Of a stretch of DNA of 53,742 nt, positions 11,801 to 20,561 are shown piece after piece. The DNA is taken from positions 1 through 53,742 of the IMG/VR virus record IMGVR_UViG_3300040985_000553, one strand, 5' to 3'. The DNA comes from a virus (lineage: Duplodnaviria; Caudoviricetes). Position 1 is the first letter of the stretch; each line of letters starts with the position of its first letter. The notes under the pieces are model-generated. The model was not told the DNA's origin. It ran no database searches and was given only the letters and a program-made list of their open reading frames with translations. Both the position numbers and the translations under genes were made by a program.

Positions 11801-12572
11801 ACTGGCTTTTGGTTTGGCGGGTGCCCTTTACAAAATAGCGCAGCCAAAAGACGACGCGGATTTTAACCGGGGAATCAAAGAAGCTATTGATATTGGAACG
11901 CCCGGATACGCTGATCTTGTAAAAGATTTGGCGATCAAGGCAGAAAAACTTCCGCCCGAAGTTCGTAATGTTCTGGACCCACGATACTTCAACGAACAAC
12001 GAGAAAAATTTGAAGGGACTCCCGGAGCCTACATTGACTACATGAATGAAGTAGGATTTTTCCTAGCCCCAGAAAGGACGTTCAGCATTCGTGGAGACAT
12101 GGGTTTTGCGCTGGGTGAAGTTCAGAAAGAACGCCGGAGAGAACATGCGAGTACGTCTCAAAAATTCAAGGCATTGTTTACTGACCGTTCTGCAACCGAT
12201 GAACTGAATGCGGAAAAGATTGCCCGAGATTACGAAGAGGCGATTAGAACGCAGTATGCTCACCAACAGAACTACGGTGAGTTATTCAAAGACTTGGAAA
12301 TATTGGCTGATGGTGATCGTCAGTACATTAGACGTATGATGAAAGACCCGGCATTGTCTACTGCATTTCCGCAGTCACAGAAAGAACGTAATCGGATGAT
12401 GGAAAACAGGTCGTTCGTTCAGCGTATCTCCAACAACGCAGAGTTTTGGCGGGATGTACGTATCAAAAACCCAGAATTTCCGACGCAAAAAATCCGCACA
12501 ATGTTCAGAGAAATTGAACGATATTACGACAATCAAAATCTAGAGAATGATATAGACCCTGCTCTCGACTAA
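8853..12572 (+). CDS. large internal virion/ejection protein (1239 aa)
   Basis: Largest ORF and last gene of the structural arm; TDPFNFAAVALAPFTGG hydrophobic segment. Confidence 0.6.
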   Translation: MATYEELIDDDDFVGSVYNVFSELGQDIPSDRQQLVDDFLTYRRAMEDNTAATFQTKLEADSLSENGKIMFGYALEQASSLPMIGTEGSAPFLDGFLDHARFSLTDPFNFAAVALAPFTGGASVAAGFGTKEVAKQGIKYGLKQAIKKPLERAVATVKNPGARKILAAEGGINFTGTSVRENEIQNIEKEVGIRDKKDIGEIATIATAETILAPVVGIGGTAFTEMFGRLVKAGIVDPALRNSPTADFYANRMVNMFRPGSGLDDDILRKEEILVGIQNRFMRDGQELNKELIKNKTYKDLVKNQEGVNLLNQAVEGYGEALGKIRGMDDKLADSLEQGRSLIREAQEYGKQVSDLSPNYAKYFDPINPEFNPHYAKFIYEAFEGPRQVSFSKYKEKNPTLIDDVFELVKKDAALPDDQSQQFYKSFGLTPGQLQTGTLQGQIRDRIESGAKKMYTGKDTRYEEAASILKGRKGEEQLPELFSDLLGRNALPARRILASVQGIIEPMTRFHLANETGRLLEQKGLAVLADSAEDAANKFAAKNGTLVSPSRLRTIHDQAIPVPGVKVNRPGGLREATQNYYVDDKLADDMRLAFTNPNFSNVLKQTDEDIKAAGLQGIINVASNVQGASKLFKTAYSPVAMGRNLLGAAIQVGATGNLRGLTKLKSDFWDSPANKRALRELGILDTGVTMRQILNRLGPEFAAHAAGRRGGLSRFRRILMAPVSQGGFGLKLREAYQAVDDLAKVAAYYGEKSKLSKHWQQYTPEKKDQLRDQMRLFLNKDNVIDDEVLTELAVRSALDVMPTYSRVPQITEALRGIPIIGNFMGFSAEVIRNNINILRKGHEEMIEGLNTKNAGLARQGADRILRMAAVNAGFYAGATTFSESEFSKEKMAALKSFMPEWDRNAPLLITGVERSRDPERRQSEDIEIQYKNIGWLNPNQPVEQLVSAVLAAGIRKDEDFDTVIEENIIPALYNLVSPFVDPSLAFGLAGALYKIAQPKDDADFNRGIKEAIDIGTPGYADLVKDLAIKAEKLPPEVRNVLDPRYFNEQREKFEGTPGAYIDYMNEVGFFLAPERTFSIRGDMGFALGEVQKERRREHASTSQKFKALFTDRSATDELNAEKIARDYEEAIRTQYAHQQNYGELFKDLEILADGDRQYIRRMMKDPALSTAFPQSQKERNRMMENRSFVQRISNNAEFWRDVRIKNPEFPTQKIRTMFREIERYYDNQNLENDIDPALD

Positions 12573-13019
12573 CTACTTGGCGTTCTTCACCATGGACGCA
12601 CCGAAGTAGAGTCCAGTAATAGCCGAGACAAGATGCGTGTCTAGCGGGGTGATGACCAGCCCCTTCATTGTCTGCCAGACTGTCTGCTCTTCACCCTCGA
12701 TCAGGAATAGAAATCCCGGCTTCCATTCGGTCCAGCCGACGATGACTGGCATGTCGGGCCAGAAGACAGGGACAACCTTCGGCCAGACAATGATGGCACC
12801 TATTGCCGACAGGGCGATGATACGGCGCGTCAGCTGAAATCCCTTGTTCTCGTACCGACGAGCCTCGTCCGTAGCCTTAGACTGCGCTGCAAGGCCGTCT
12901 ATGGCCCTCTGAAAGGCCTCTTGCTTGGACTTCATGCTCTGTGACCATAGGGTCATGAAGCCACCCAACAGGCTGCTGCCAAGCATTGTAACAAGTTCTA
13001 GAGGGATTCCACCTAGCAT
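12573..13019 (-). CDS. holin-like membrane protein
   Basis: Three hydrophobic segments and a C-terminal GLYFG motif resembling 3-TM holins. Confidence 0.5.
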   Translation of the reverse strand: MLGGIPLELVTMLGSSLLGGFMTLWSQSMKSKQEAFQRAIDGLAAQSKATDEARRYENKGFQLTRRIIALSAIGAIIVWPKVVPVFWPDMPVIVGWTEWKPGFLFLIEGEEQTVWQTMKGLVITPLDTHLVSAITGLYFGASMVKNAK

Positions 13020-13022
13020 GTT

Positions 13023-13331
13023 CTACTCCAAGTCTCGAAAGTCTATTTGCGTCATCAGAACATTGTTGACGAGTAGGCATTGAAGTACGTGAGTCACTTC
13101 AGACATATTAAGTTGGCCTACGAGGTAGTCTTCTGACGTGCTGTCTTTGTTAAAGGTTATCACAATCATGCCGTCAACCTGTTCAGAGGCTACCTTGGCC
13201 GACACTATGCTAAGACACTCCTGCATGGTACGCAAAGCCTCGACACTGTCCTCCTCCGGGCTGGGAATCTGCTGCTTCCCCTTTAGGTAGACTACTTTTA
13301 CCCCTTCGGGGCCTTCCTTGTCATCACTCAT
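13023..13331 (-). CDS. hypothetical protein
   Basis: Translationally coupled ORF in the minus-strand operon. Confidence 0.65.
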   Translation of the reverse strand: MSDDKEGPEGVKVVYLKGKQQIPSPEEDSVEALRTMQECLSIVSAKVASEQVDGMIVITFNKDSTSEDYLVGQLNMSEVTHVLQCLLVNNVLMTQIDFRDLE

Positions 13332-14020
13332 CGGTATTTACTCTGCATGGGCCAAATCACGGGTCCGTCAACCGTTGTTACGCGGCGGAACGCCATGATG
13401 TTCGTCACCTCGACGGGCTGTTCAAACTGAAACTTGCCGTAGAGGTGGTTCTTGGTGTACTCAACGACCTGACGGTCCGCCACAGGACCGGTCACACCAC
13501 AGCCACCCAACATCTCGAACCCGTTGTCCCGGTAGAAGTCGGCATAGGCTGTAGGACTGATGTTCCAGAAGCCATGGTTCACCATGTTGAGTGGATTTAC
13601 ATGGACGACCACCCCACCATCAGGTCGAACAGCGGAAAGGATATTAGCAAATACCTGTCCGATGTTGAAGCAATGCTCGGCAGTACCGCCGTCAATAACG
13701 ACATCATATTCTTCCTCCCAGTCAACGGGATAGTTGAGATCAACGATACGCTCCGGACCACGCGCCTGAACAATATCCACATAGTCTACCCCCCGAAATC
13801 CTAGTTCAGAGGTCAACACTTCTGTTGTGTCGTACACCGGGTGCGGCCAGTTGTGCCACGACCGAATCTTGTCGGCGTCTTCCAGTTCGGTGTACTCACC
13901 GCCGATCAGTCCGGGATCGACGAGCAGGTCTGAGTAGCCCAGACACAGGCACGTCTTGTCCTTCGGTTCTATCTGCTGGAGTAGGCGGTATGTCGTTGTC
14001 TCAATACCCACGGGCAACAT
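13328..14020 (-). CDS. class I SAM-dependent methyltransferase-like protein
   Basis: YDVVIDGGTAEH...VRPDGG pattern of Methyltransf_11-like folds. Confidence 0.65.
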   Translation of the reverse strand: MLPVGIETTTYRLLQQIEPKDKTCLCLGYSDLLVDPGLIGGEYTELEDADKIRSWHNWPHPVYDTTEVLTSELGFRGVDYVDIVQARGPERIVDLNYPVDWEEEYDVVIDGGTAEHCFNIGQVFANILSAVRPDGGVVVHVNPLNMVNHGFWNISPTAYADFYRDNGFEMLGGCGVTGPVADRQVVEYTKNHLYGKFQFEQPVEVTNIMAFRRVTTVDGPVIWPMQSKYR

Positions 14021-15632
14021 CCTTCAGGTCTCGTAGTTCGCGTATCTTGCGGTTCTTCCACGTCTCGGCACAGAGCGTGTCCTCACCGATGAACGACAGT
14101 TCCATATCCATGTCGGTCTTGTCAAACAGACGTTCACAATCCTGCGCCATGGCGAGTAGTTCGCCGGTCGTCCAGAATGGTTTGTCGTTGATCTTGACGG
14201 ACAGATACTTCTCACGTTCCTTGCCGTCGTGGCTGGTGATCTTGTCGTTCTTCTCCTCATCAGGCGGCTCCGGGAACGAACCATCCAGCCCGATCATGGT
14301 TGCATTACGGAACCCGAGGGTGTGGAGCAGTCCGACGGCACGGGTTGCAGCACACGTACCGCCCGTGATGTAGACAGTATCTGGATCGAGGGGGAAGTCC
14401 TCCTCGGCAGCGACACGCTGAATGGCATTCGAGTAGGCATGGAAGCCGATGATTGTCGCCCCCTTCTCGATCAGGTGTCGGGTAACTGATGGGTCTGTCA
14501 TGGACGCGACAAAGAAGATGGTCCGCTTGTCGATGTTCTCGAACAGGTCTTTACGGGTAACGCCGTGTGTGGACGTACCATCAATAGGCCGGGGATCAAG
14601 GACAATACAACCCCATGGGACAATACCTGCCTTGTGCATCTCCGGGAGTGTATGCTTTACACACAGTATGTGGTTCTTACTGACCGTCTTACCGTCGTAA
14701 TACTTGGCATGAAGTTCTGAGTAATCTACCGACGGTCCCGCCGAGACCACAACTCCGCGTCCCCCGTTGACTCGGCACCTTTCCACCCACTTCCCGATAA
14801 GTCCAACGTTTTCCACGATGTTGTTCTTGATATAATCATCCGGCATAGAGTCGCGGGGCTGCACCATGATAGGAATTTCACGAGTGTCGGCAACGGGTCC
14901 ATCTTTCTTTGCTCCCTTGAAATGCTCCATGCGTTCAGACAGCGGTGACGTATGGAATGCGTCGAGTGTCTTGGCATTAGGCGAAAGATTTTGCACCATC
15001 AGTCCATGGTTCTGGTGCAGGTTGATGATGCGCTGGAAGACAAAGCCGTCGTGCCATTCACGATAGCCGCGAACTTCTAGTTTGTCGTAGGCAGAACGGA
15101 CATCTTCCAACACGTTGAAGGCTGCTTCACGGTCGGGCCAGAGAGCGAACCGCATGAAGGATGTCTCGGCATAGTCAGCAACGGGACGCTCCAGCAGAGT
15201 CACATCCGTCTCTGTGTCGATGAATGTGTCTAGCCAGTCAGCGGTGACAGGACCAGTCGTGACCGTGTCTCCGTCGATCCAGAGCAGACTGTACGGTGTC
15301 TGATCCTCGGGGTCCGAGACGAGGCTGCGACACGTCTCAGTGATGGCGTAGACCTTGTGACAGAACTTGACCACGTCCATGCGCCAGTTCGGTGGCTCGT
15401 GGTCTCCCATCCTGTTGCGGAACAGGATCAGTTCCGACACATCGTTCAGATTGTGGTAGCTGATATGATCTGCCTCGGGCAGACTGTCCTGCTCTAGCAG
15501 ATCGAAGTCGTGATACCAGACACGGATGTCTATATCCTCGGACCAGTACCGGGCAACAGACTCCAGCATCCGTCGGCCATACTTCTCGAACCCGTCCTCG
15601 TTGAACGACGTTACCAGTACGTACTTGTTCAT
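14001..15632 (-). CDS. two-domain protein: GT-A glycosyltransferase plus MAF_flag10/DUF115-like domain
   Basis: N-half: FCHKVYAI and LWIDGD (DxD). C-half: VVVSAGPS, IVLDP and GGT...LGF...IGLD motifs of the Maf/MptE-like family. Confidence 0.7.
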   Translation of the reverse strand: MNKYVLVTSFNEDGFEKYGRRMLESVARYWSEDIDIRVWYHDFDLLEQDSLPEADHISYHNLNDVSELILFRNRMGDHEPPNWRMDVVKFCHKVYAITETCRSLVSDPEDQTPYSLLWIDGDTVTTGPVTADWLDTFIDTETDVTLLERPVADYAETSFMRFALWPDREAAFNVLEDVRSAYDKLEVRGYREWHDGFVFQRIINLHQNHGLMVQNLSPNAKTLDAFHTSPLSERMEHFKGAKKDGPVADTREIPIMVQPRDSMPDDYIKNNIVENVGLIGKWVERCRVNGGRGVVVSAGPSVDYSELHAKYYDGKTVSKNHILCVKHTLPEMHKAGIVPWGCIVLDPRPIDGTSTHGVTRKDLFENIDKRTIFFVASMTDPSVTRHLIEKGATIIGFHAYSNAIQRVAAEEDFPLDPDTVYITGGTCAATRAVGLLHTLGFRNATMIGLDGSFPEPPDEEKNDKITSHDGKEREKYLSVKINDKPFWTTGELLAMAQDCERLFDKTDMDMELSFIGEDTLCAETWKNRKIRELRDLKDVARGY

Positions 15633-16429
15633 GGCTGAAGCCCTTCAAAATTTTGTGAGTCGCCAAGGTAGGTCAGCTGCCTGTGCAGATACTCCCACCA
15701 CTTGGCGGCATATCGACAGTTGGCGTAGCCGGGATGTGTGGGCAGTCCGTGACTGAAGTGGATTCCTGCCGGTACCGTATTGGCATCGCTGACCCCCTCG
15801 ATCCAATTCCATTGCGCGGGGATACACCCGATCTCCGATTCATCTAGCCAGAAGAAATTGTGCAGACGTGTACCGGACGCACTGTTGACCACCTCGGTTG
15901 TCAGCTTGGCATTGGATGGATGGCTCATGTTGATCATCATCAGCGATGACCACAGCTTCCTGCTGTACTGACTCTGCTGTCGTCCGTCCATCTTGACTGC
16001 ACCCTCCTCGGGTTGCCAGTCGAACTGGACAGTCATTATCGCTTTGTCGGGGTGTCCTCGGGCGTAGTCGAATAGCTTGGTAAGGTCGTGCTGGAAGATG
16101 AAGTCCGAGTCACAGAACATGACCCAGTCTTTGATTCCCAGACGCCTTGCCCAAGGTATGGTGCAGAAGCGGGTGAATGAAAACTCTGTTGAGAACGGGC
16201 GACCGTCTTCCTGATCCCAGTATTGTCCGATCTCATCGACAGACCATTGGCGGTCGAACAGATTATCGGCACGAAGTTTGCGGTGATTAAGGCCACGAAT
16301 CTCCGCAACTTCATCACGGGTGTTCTCTCGAATCGACCCGGTACATGCGACGTATGCCTCAACAGTGGAGGCGTCGTATCCAATGAAAATATCCATGAGG
16401 ATATAATCATCAGAAACGACAACCTTCAC
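15629..16429 (-). CDS. glycosyltransferase, GT8-like (start may be ATG 16396)
   Basis: IFIGYD, STEFSFTRF, FCDSD (DxD), RKLWSSLM, WNW and IHF motifs. Confidence 0.75.
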   Translation of the reverse strand: MKVVVSDDYILMDIFIGYDASTVEAYVACTGSIRENTRDEVAEIRGLNHRKLRADNLFDRQWSVDEIGQYWDQEDGRPFSTEFSFTRFCTIPWARRLGIKDWVMFCDSDFIFQHDLTKLFDYARGHPDKAIMTVQFDWQPEEGAVKMDGRQQSQYSRKLWSSLMMINMSHPSNAKLTTEVVNSASGTRLHNFFWLDESEIGCIPAQWNWIEGVSDANTVPAGIHFSHGLPTHPGYANCRYAAKWWEYLHRQLTYLGDSQNFEGLQP

Positions 16430-16440
16430 AAAGACTTTTT

Positions 16441-16623
16441 TTACTTACCTTCTGCTTTCTCAGCAGCCAGACGCTCACGATCCTCGGCAGTGTTTCCGAA
16501 CTTGTCGATGGTCTGATTACCCCAGCCGTAAATCTGTGACTGACCGTACTCGTTGACCTCACCGGACGGCAGACCCAGAAAGGTGCTGATGCCCAGCATG
16601 ATGGCAAGAACTAATTCTAACAT
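16441..16623 (-). CDS. small membrane-anchored protein
   Basis: Hydrophobic N-terminus; AGGAG RBS. Confidence 0.55.
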   Translation of the reverse strand: MLELVLAIMLGISTFLGLPSGEVNEYGQSQIYGWGNQTIDKFGNTAEDRERLAAEKAEGK

Positions 16624-16767
16624 TTACTTCTCCTTGGTTGACTTAACGTAGTCTCGATAGGCCTGTCGAATTTCCTCGACTGTACGACCGCATCCTATGC
16701 AGTATTCTTTCTCCTCGTCAAGCCGACACGCGGCCTGACAAGTCTTACGCTGCGTTGAGATCGACAA
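16624..16767 (-). CDS. small Cys-rich protein, DUF1289-like (47 aa, TTG start; not in ORF track)
   Basis: Manual translation CQAACRLDEEKEYCIGCGRTVEEI matches the CxxxC...CxGCxRT..EI pattern. Confidence 0.65.
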   Translation of the reverse strand: MSISTQRKTCQAACRLDEEKEYCIGCGRTVEEIRQAYRDYVKSTKEK

Positions 16768-17305
16768 TTTCACATACTCCGGCAGTATGAACCAAAGAAC
16801 ACAGATAAAAAAAGTACTCTTCGGTGTAGTGTCTTTTCATCATGTTAATGTCTTTGTGGACCCAGTGGACATTTCCTTCTATATATCCCTTACTAGAATC
16901 TTTCCTATCTACAGAGGCGGTGCCTGAGCGGATCGAGATAGGAAGCCCAGTATATGCACACAATCCATTTTGTTTATTGTCTAATAGATCGGCAAGAAAT
17001 TCGATTGTTACATCAAATGATATCGGCTTCCGGCTTTTCTCACCCGCAGCGCCTCTAACCAGACCGGCAAAATATGTGCCGGACACGGTACCACATCCAG
17101 TCCAATTTGTCGGAGTCCGTCGTCGGAGACAGCCACACGATTTTGTTTTTCCTTGGACTAGATGTGTTCCGAGAACTGTTTTCTCAACGCCGCACTCACA
17201 AACTACATGCCATCTCGAATGACCGTTTCTGGATATTTCGGAAAACCCTCTGACTTTCAAGCGTCCAAACTGTTTTCCTGATAAGTCAGAGGGACTCCTA
17301 CTCAT
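16745..17305 (-). CDS. free-standing HNH (His-Me finger) homing endonuclease
   Basis: DLSGKQFGRL...CECG...SCGC N-domain and SVDRKDSSKGYIEGNVHWVHKDIN nuclease domain; AT-richer codons than neighbours. Confidence 0.8.
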   Translation of the reverse strand: MSRSPSDLSGKQFGRLKVRGFSEISRNGHSRWHVVCECGVEKTVLGTHLVQGKTKSCGCLRRRTPTNWTGCGTVSGTYFAGLVRGAAGEKSRKPISFDVTIEFLADLLDNKQNGLCAYTGLPISIRSGTASVDRKDSSKGYIEGNVHWVHKDINMMKRHYTEEYFFYLCSLVHTAGVCEIVDLNAA

Positions 17306-17309
17306 TCTG

Positions 17310-19223
17310 TTATCCTTGGTCGGTTATATCAACAATCTCACAATAACCTGCTCCCGCCGAACAAGCAAGTGTCTGAGACCCTGCCGTGTTGTCTTCTGCC
17401 TCGTACTCACCCAGACGATTCCAGTCAATCATCTTGGGCATCCGGCCCAGCAGTTCCTGATACGTCTCCTCGTCACAGTCCTGATACGGGGCCTGTTGGT
17501 AGGTGTGATCAGAATGGGGGAGGAAGCTGATGCCGCTGCACAGATCGAAGTTCTTGTAGACCCATGCACCAACCCCCAGCCACTCGTCATCACGTACACT
17601 GATGGTTACTGAAGGTTTGTGTTCGCACCAGCCGACAGCATAGGCCTTCCACAGTTCCAGCTGTTCCAGTGCGGTCATGTCGTTACGGGTCACCGCATAC
17701 TCAGGCGACTTGACTGGGAACGAGAAGACCATGGTCGAGTCTGGATGGAATACCTCCGGCTCTGACGGGACGCCCTCATCAATCATTAGCTGGGTCAGCG
17801 GGTCCTTCACATCACCACGGACAGTCCTGATGTAGTACGGGCTGTGTCGGGCATGGATGCCGGACCCCGCATCGACCAGCTGCGACACCGTACCAGACGG
17901 CTTGACGCAGGTGATAGCAGCAGACTGCGGAATGTCCAGAATCTCGGCCCACTCCTTGTTGGTGTCCACAGCAATCTGTCGGAGTTCAGCCAGAACTTCC
18001 GGGTCGGGATGGCTGGTTACCACGGCGTCCATGATGCCTGTCAGGCTGACACCGAGTAGACGTTCCTCCTCCGTGTTCTTCGTCCAGATACGACGCAGGT
18101 ACGGGAACTTGGTATAGGTAGACTGGACGGTGCCAAGGATCGTGGCAAGACGTACCTTCTTCTTCAACGACTCGACGGTATCGGTGGACCGGACGACACA
18201 CTCTGTCAGATTGCAGAACTGATTGTTGCGGAGAATGATCTCCGAACACGGGTTCGTCCCCCACTCGTGACCTGCCTGACGACGACCATGGGTCTCGACA
18301 TGCTTATCAGCAGCGTATCGGGCGAAGATGCCACGCTCACCAGACTTGGATTCGACCAGTGCTGTCCACTCACGGAGAAAGGACTCGACATCCGGCTTCT
18401 CGGTGTAGACCACGGAGTTGTTTGCCAGTGCCCGTTGTGCGTTCTGCTCCCACCACTGACCAGACTTGGCATGACGCATCCGGTCGTCGGACAGATTGGA
18501 CAGGCTGATCATGGCCGAGCGTCGGACACCGCCGACGACAACGATGTCACCGATCTTGCACATCACGTCGTGACACTCGATGCTGTTCAGCTTTCGACCC
18601 ACCGCACCACGGAAGACGTTGATGGTAAACCGGAAGAGATCAACCAGTGGCTCCGGACCAGAGGCACGACCGCCGAATGTTTTCAGCTTCGCACCGGACG
18701 GACGGACTTTTGACACATCCCACTTCGGAATCTCACCAGAGTAGAGCATGGCGACAACCTTGCGGTACGCCTTCGCCCAGCCTTCCTTCGAGTCGTGGAC
18801 AACGATGATGTCATCGGAGTTGAATAGCTGATCGGGAACTTCAGGCAGCTTGGCGATGTGCTGACGCTCGACAGAGAAGCCAACGCCTGTCCCGCACAGC
18901 AGGATCATCATGGCCTCATCGAACGCCTTCATGTCGTCCACTGCAAGGTACGAGCAGTTGTATCCGGCAGTGTTGTCGCGGTCTAGGGCAGGTCCGGCAG
19001 TCATCATCATACGCATCGACGGCATGATGGACAGTGACAGGATAGCCTCGCGCAGTTCCTCGACGACCGCCCCATCATCAATACGACGTGCAACGACGTT
19101 GTCTACATAACGATCCACCGTCTCAGACCACGTCTCTCTACGGCCCTCCTCGGGAAGCCATCGGGCATAGCGGGACAGTGCAATGAACTGTTGGTACTGG
19201 GTGGGTAGGTGGTTGGACAACAT
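17310..19223 (-). CDS. nrdJ: class II (adenosylcobalamin-dependent) ribonucleotide reductase
   Basis: NCS, GTGVGFS, RRSAMI, NPCSEI, CNLTE and VKPSGT motifs; C-terminal Cys pair; no beta subunit gene. Confidence 0.9.
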   Translation of the reverse strand: MLSNHLPTQYQQFIALSRYARWLPEEGRRETWSETVDRYVDNVVARRIDDGAVVEELREAILSLSIMPSMRMMMTAGPALDRDNTAGYNCSYLAVDDMKAFDEAMMILLCGTGVGFSVERQHIAKLPEVPDQLFNSDDIIVVHDSKEGWAKAYRKVVAMLYSGEIPKWDVSKVRPSGAKLKTFGGRASGPEPLVDLFRFTINVFRGAVGRKLNSIECHDVMCKIGDIVVVGGVRRSAMISLSNLSDDRMRHAKSGQWWEQNAQRALANNSVVYTEKPDVESFLREWTALVESKSGERGIFARYAADKHVETHGRRQAGHEWGTNPCSEIILRNNQFCNLTECVVRSTDTVESLKKKVRLATILGTVQSTYTKFPYLRRIWTKNTEEERLLGVSLTGIMDAVVTSHPDPEVLAELRQIAVDTNKEWAEILDIPQSAAITCVKPSGTVSQLVDAGSGIHARHSPYYIRTVRGDVKDPLTQLMIDEGVPSEPEVFHPDSTMVFSFPVKSPEYAVTRNDMTALEQLELWKAYAVGWCEHKPSVTISVRDDEWLGVGAWVYKNFDLCSGISFLPHSDHTYQQAPYQDCDEETYQELLGRMPKMIDWNRLGEYEAEDNTAGSQTLACSAGAGYCEIVDITDQG

Positions 19224-19411
19224 TATCGTATCTCCGGCACGGTGAAGCGCAGGTTGGACCTGACTTGATAGATTTTCTGACGGCCAACTGTTTCTTCCTC
19301 CACCCAGACACGGACGTTAGGAGAGCCACGGTCGGCATAGTAATTTTTGATTTTATGTACAAGTCGCTGACTCGCCAATTTGCTTTTGAGATAGTCCTGT
19401 GGTTCAGCCAT
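19223..19411 (-). CDS. hypothetical protein (62 aa, MAEPQDY...)
   Basis: GGAGG RBS before ATG 19411. Confidence 0.6.
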   Translation of the reverse strand: MAEPQDYLKSKLASQRLVHKIKNYYADRGSPNVRVWVEEETVGRQKIYQVRSNLRFTVPEIR

Positions 19412-19508
19412 TATTTTCCTCCAGTGCTGCCGTCTTGGTAAACGACACACGTGCAGCATCGACAACAGTCTGGTCTGTCCCCATTGAGTTGATGAGGGTA
19501 ACTTGCAT
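19404..19508 (-). pseudogene. thyX: truncated thyX (flavin-dependent thymidylate synthase) relic
   Basis: Manual translation MQVTLINSMGTDQTVVDAARVSF... matches the ThyX N-terminus; stop after 34 aa; GGAG RBS intact. Confidence 0.65.
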
Positions 19509-19523
19509 GTAATTCTCCGGTGG

Positions 19524-19652
19524 TTACTGTTTGCCGCGCTTACGGAAGATCGTTGATCTACGGCCAATCTTTTTGGAGTGGCGACGTCCTGCGGGAAGTG
19601 TCCGACGTTTTGTCTTGGTCTGTACGACTCGTGTTTCTACTTTCTTTGCCAT
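19524..19652 (-). CDS. small basic protein (42 aa)
   Basis: Manual translation MAKKVETRVVQTKTKRRTLPAGRRHSKKIGRRSTIFRKRGKQ; fills the operon gap. Confidence 0.55.
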   Translation of the reverse strand: MAKKVETRVVQTKTKRRTLPAGRRHSKKIGRRSTIFRKRGKQ

Positions 19653-19653
19653 G

Positions 19654-20289
19654 TTATGCCGGTGTGTAGATGATCTCCGAACCTACGCGGTGCGGATGAT
19701 AGTCAAAGTTAAAAGATGACAGGGCCATGTTGATAGCATCAGCCACTGCCCCGTACGATGCGCCGTTACCCTTCACCTCAAGGCAGAGGACAGGACGGCA
19801 CCGTTCGATGGTGTCCTTTGCCCCGCGCAATACGGCAGGTTCGTGTCCCTCTGCGTCGATCTTCAGGAAGTCTAGTTCGGGAAGGTCGAGTGTGTCAATG
19901 GTGACAACCTTAACAAAGTAGGCAGTTCCGTCTACCTTCTGCCCCGGCGCGGCTAGTGACCACATGCCGGAGTTGCCCTTCCTGTTGTGAACCAGTGTCA
20001 TCATGTCGTCTGTCCACGATGCACCTTCGTTGCGGAGTACCACGTTGTCGAGATCGTCGGTGTTCCGGGTGAGACAATCAAAGTTCTCAGGATTAGGCTC
20101 CATGGCCCAGACCGTGTCAAACTCCTCGGCGAGGTGTCGTGTCCAGATGCCAACATGGGCACCGACATCTAATGCAACGCGCCGCTGCTTGGTCAGGCCG
20201 AATGCTACCCGACGTGTCCCGATCTCATAGTCGAATCCGGCGAAGTGTGTGTCTGAATCTGGGAGCCAGAGGCCGTTGACCTGCTTCAT
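19654..20289 (-). CDS. FkbM-family methyltransferase
   Basis: LDVGAHVG, EPNPEN and LKIDAEGHE motifs. Confidence 0.85.
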   Translation of the reverse strand: MKQVNGLWLPDSDTHFAGFDYEIGTRRVAFGLTKQRRVALDVGAHVGIWTRHLAEEFDTVWAMEPNPENFDCLTRNTDDLDNVVLRNEGASWTDDMMTLVHNRKGNSGMWSLAAPGQKVDGTAYFVKVVTIDTLDLPELDFLKIDAEGHEPAVLRGAKDTIERCRPVLCLEVKGNGASYGAVADAINMALSSFNFDYHPHRVGSEIIYTPA

Positions 20290-20561
20290 AGATACTCTTC
20301 CTTGAACTCGAACTGACCCTGCCGCTGCTCACGTTCGAGCCTGATGATCTCACGCTCGACGTACCACTTGATCTTGTTCAGATCGTAGAGCGTTGTCGCC
20401 CCGTCTTTACGGCCCAGACGATAACAGGCTTTGAAGATGTTACCTACAGAAAAGTTCATCTCACGATACTCGATCAGGTCCTGTAGTTCAGCCGCACCGG
20501 GTGGCAGTTCGTAGTAGCTGGTGGACCAACCGTCTGATTTAACTGTGGTTGAGGATGGCAT
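20286..20561 (-). CDS. DUF3310/SaV-like protein
   Basis: GNIFKACYRLGRK...DLNKIKWY pattern; probable start ATG 20561. Confidence 0.7.
   Translation of the reverse strand: MPSSTTVKSDGWSTSYYELPPGAAELQDLIEYREMNFSVGNIFKACYRLGRKDGATTLYDLNKIKWYVEREIIRLEREQRQGQFEFKEEYL

Noticed and set aside
16745-17375. Group I intron in nrdJ
   Set aside because: Only 4 nt separate the nrdJ stop from the HNH start, leaving no room for a ribozyme core, and nrdJ is already complete.
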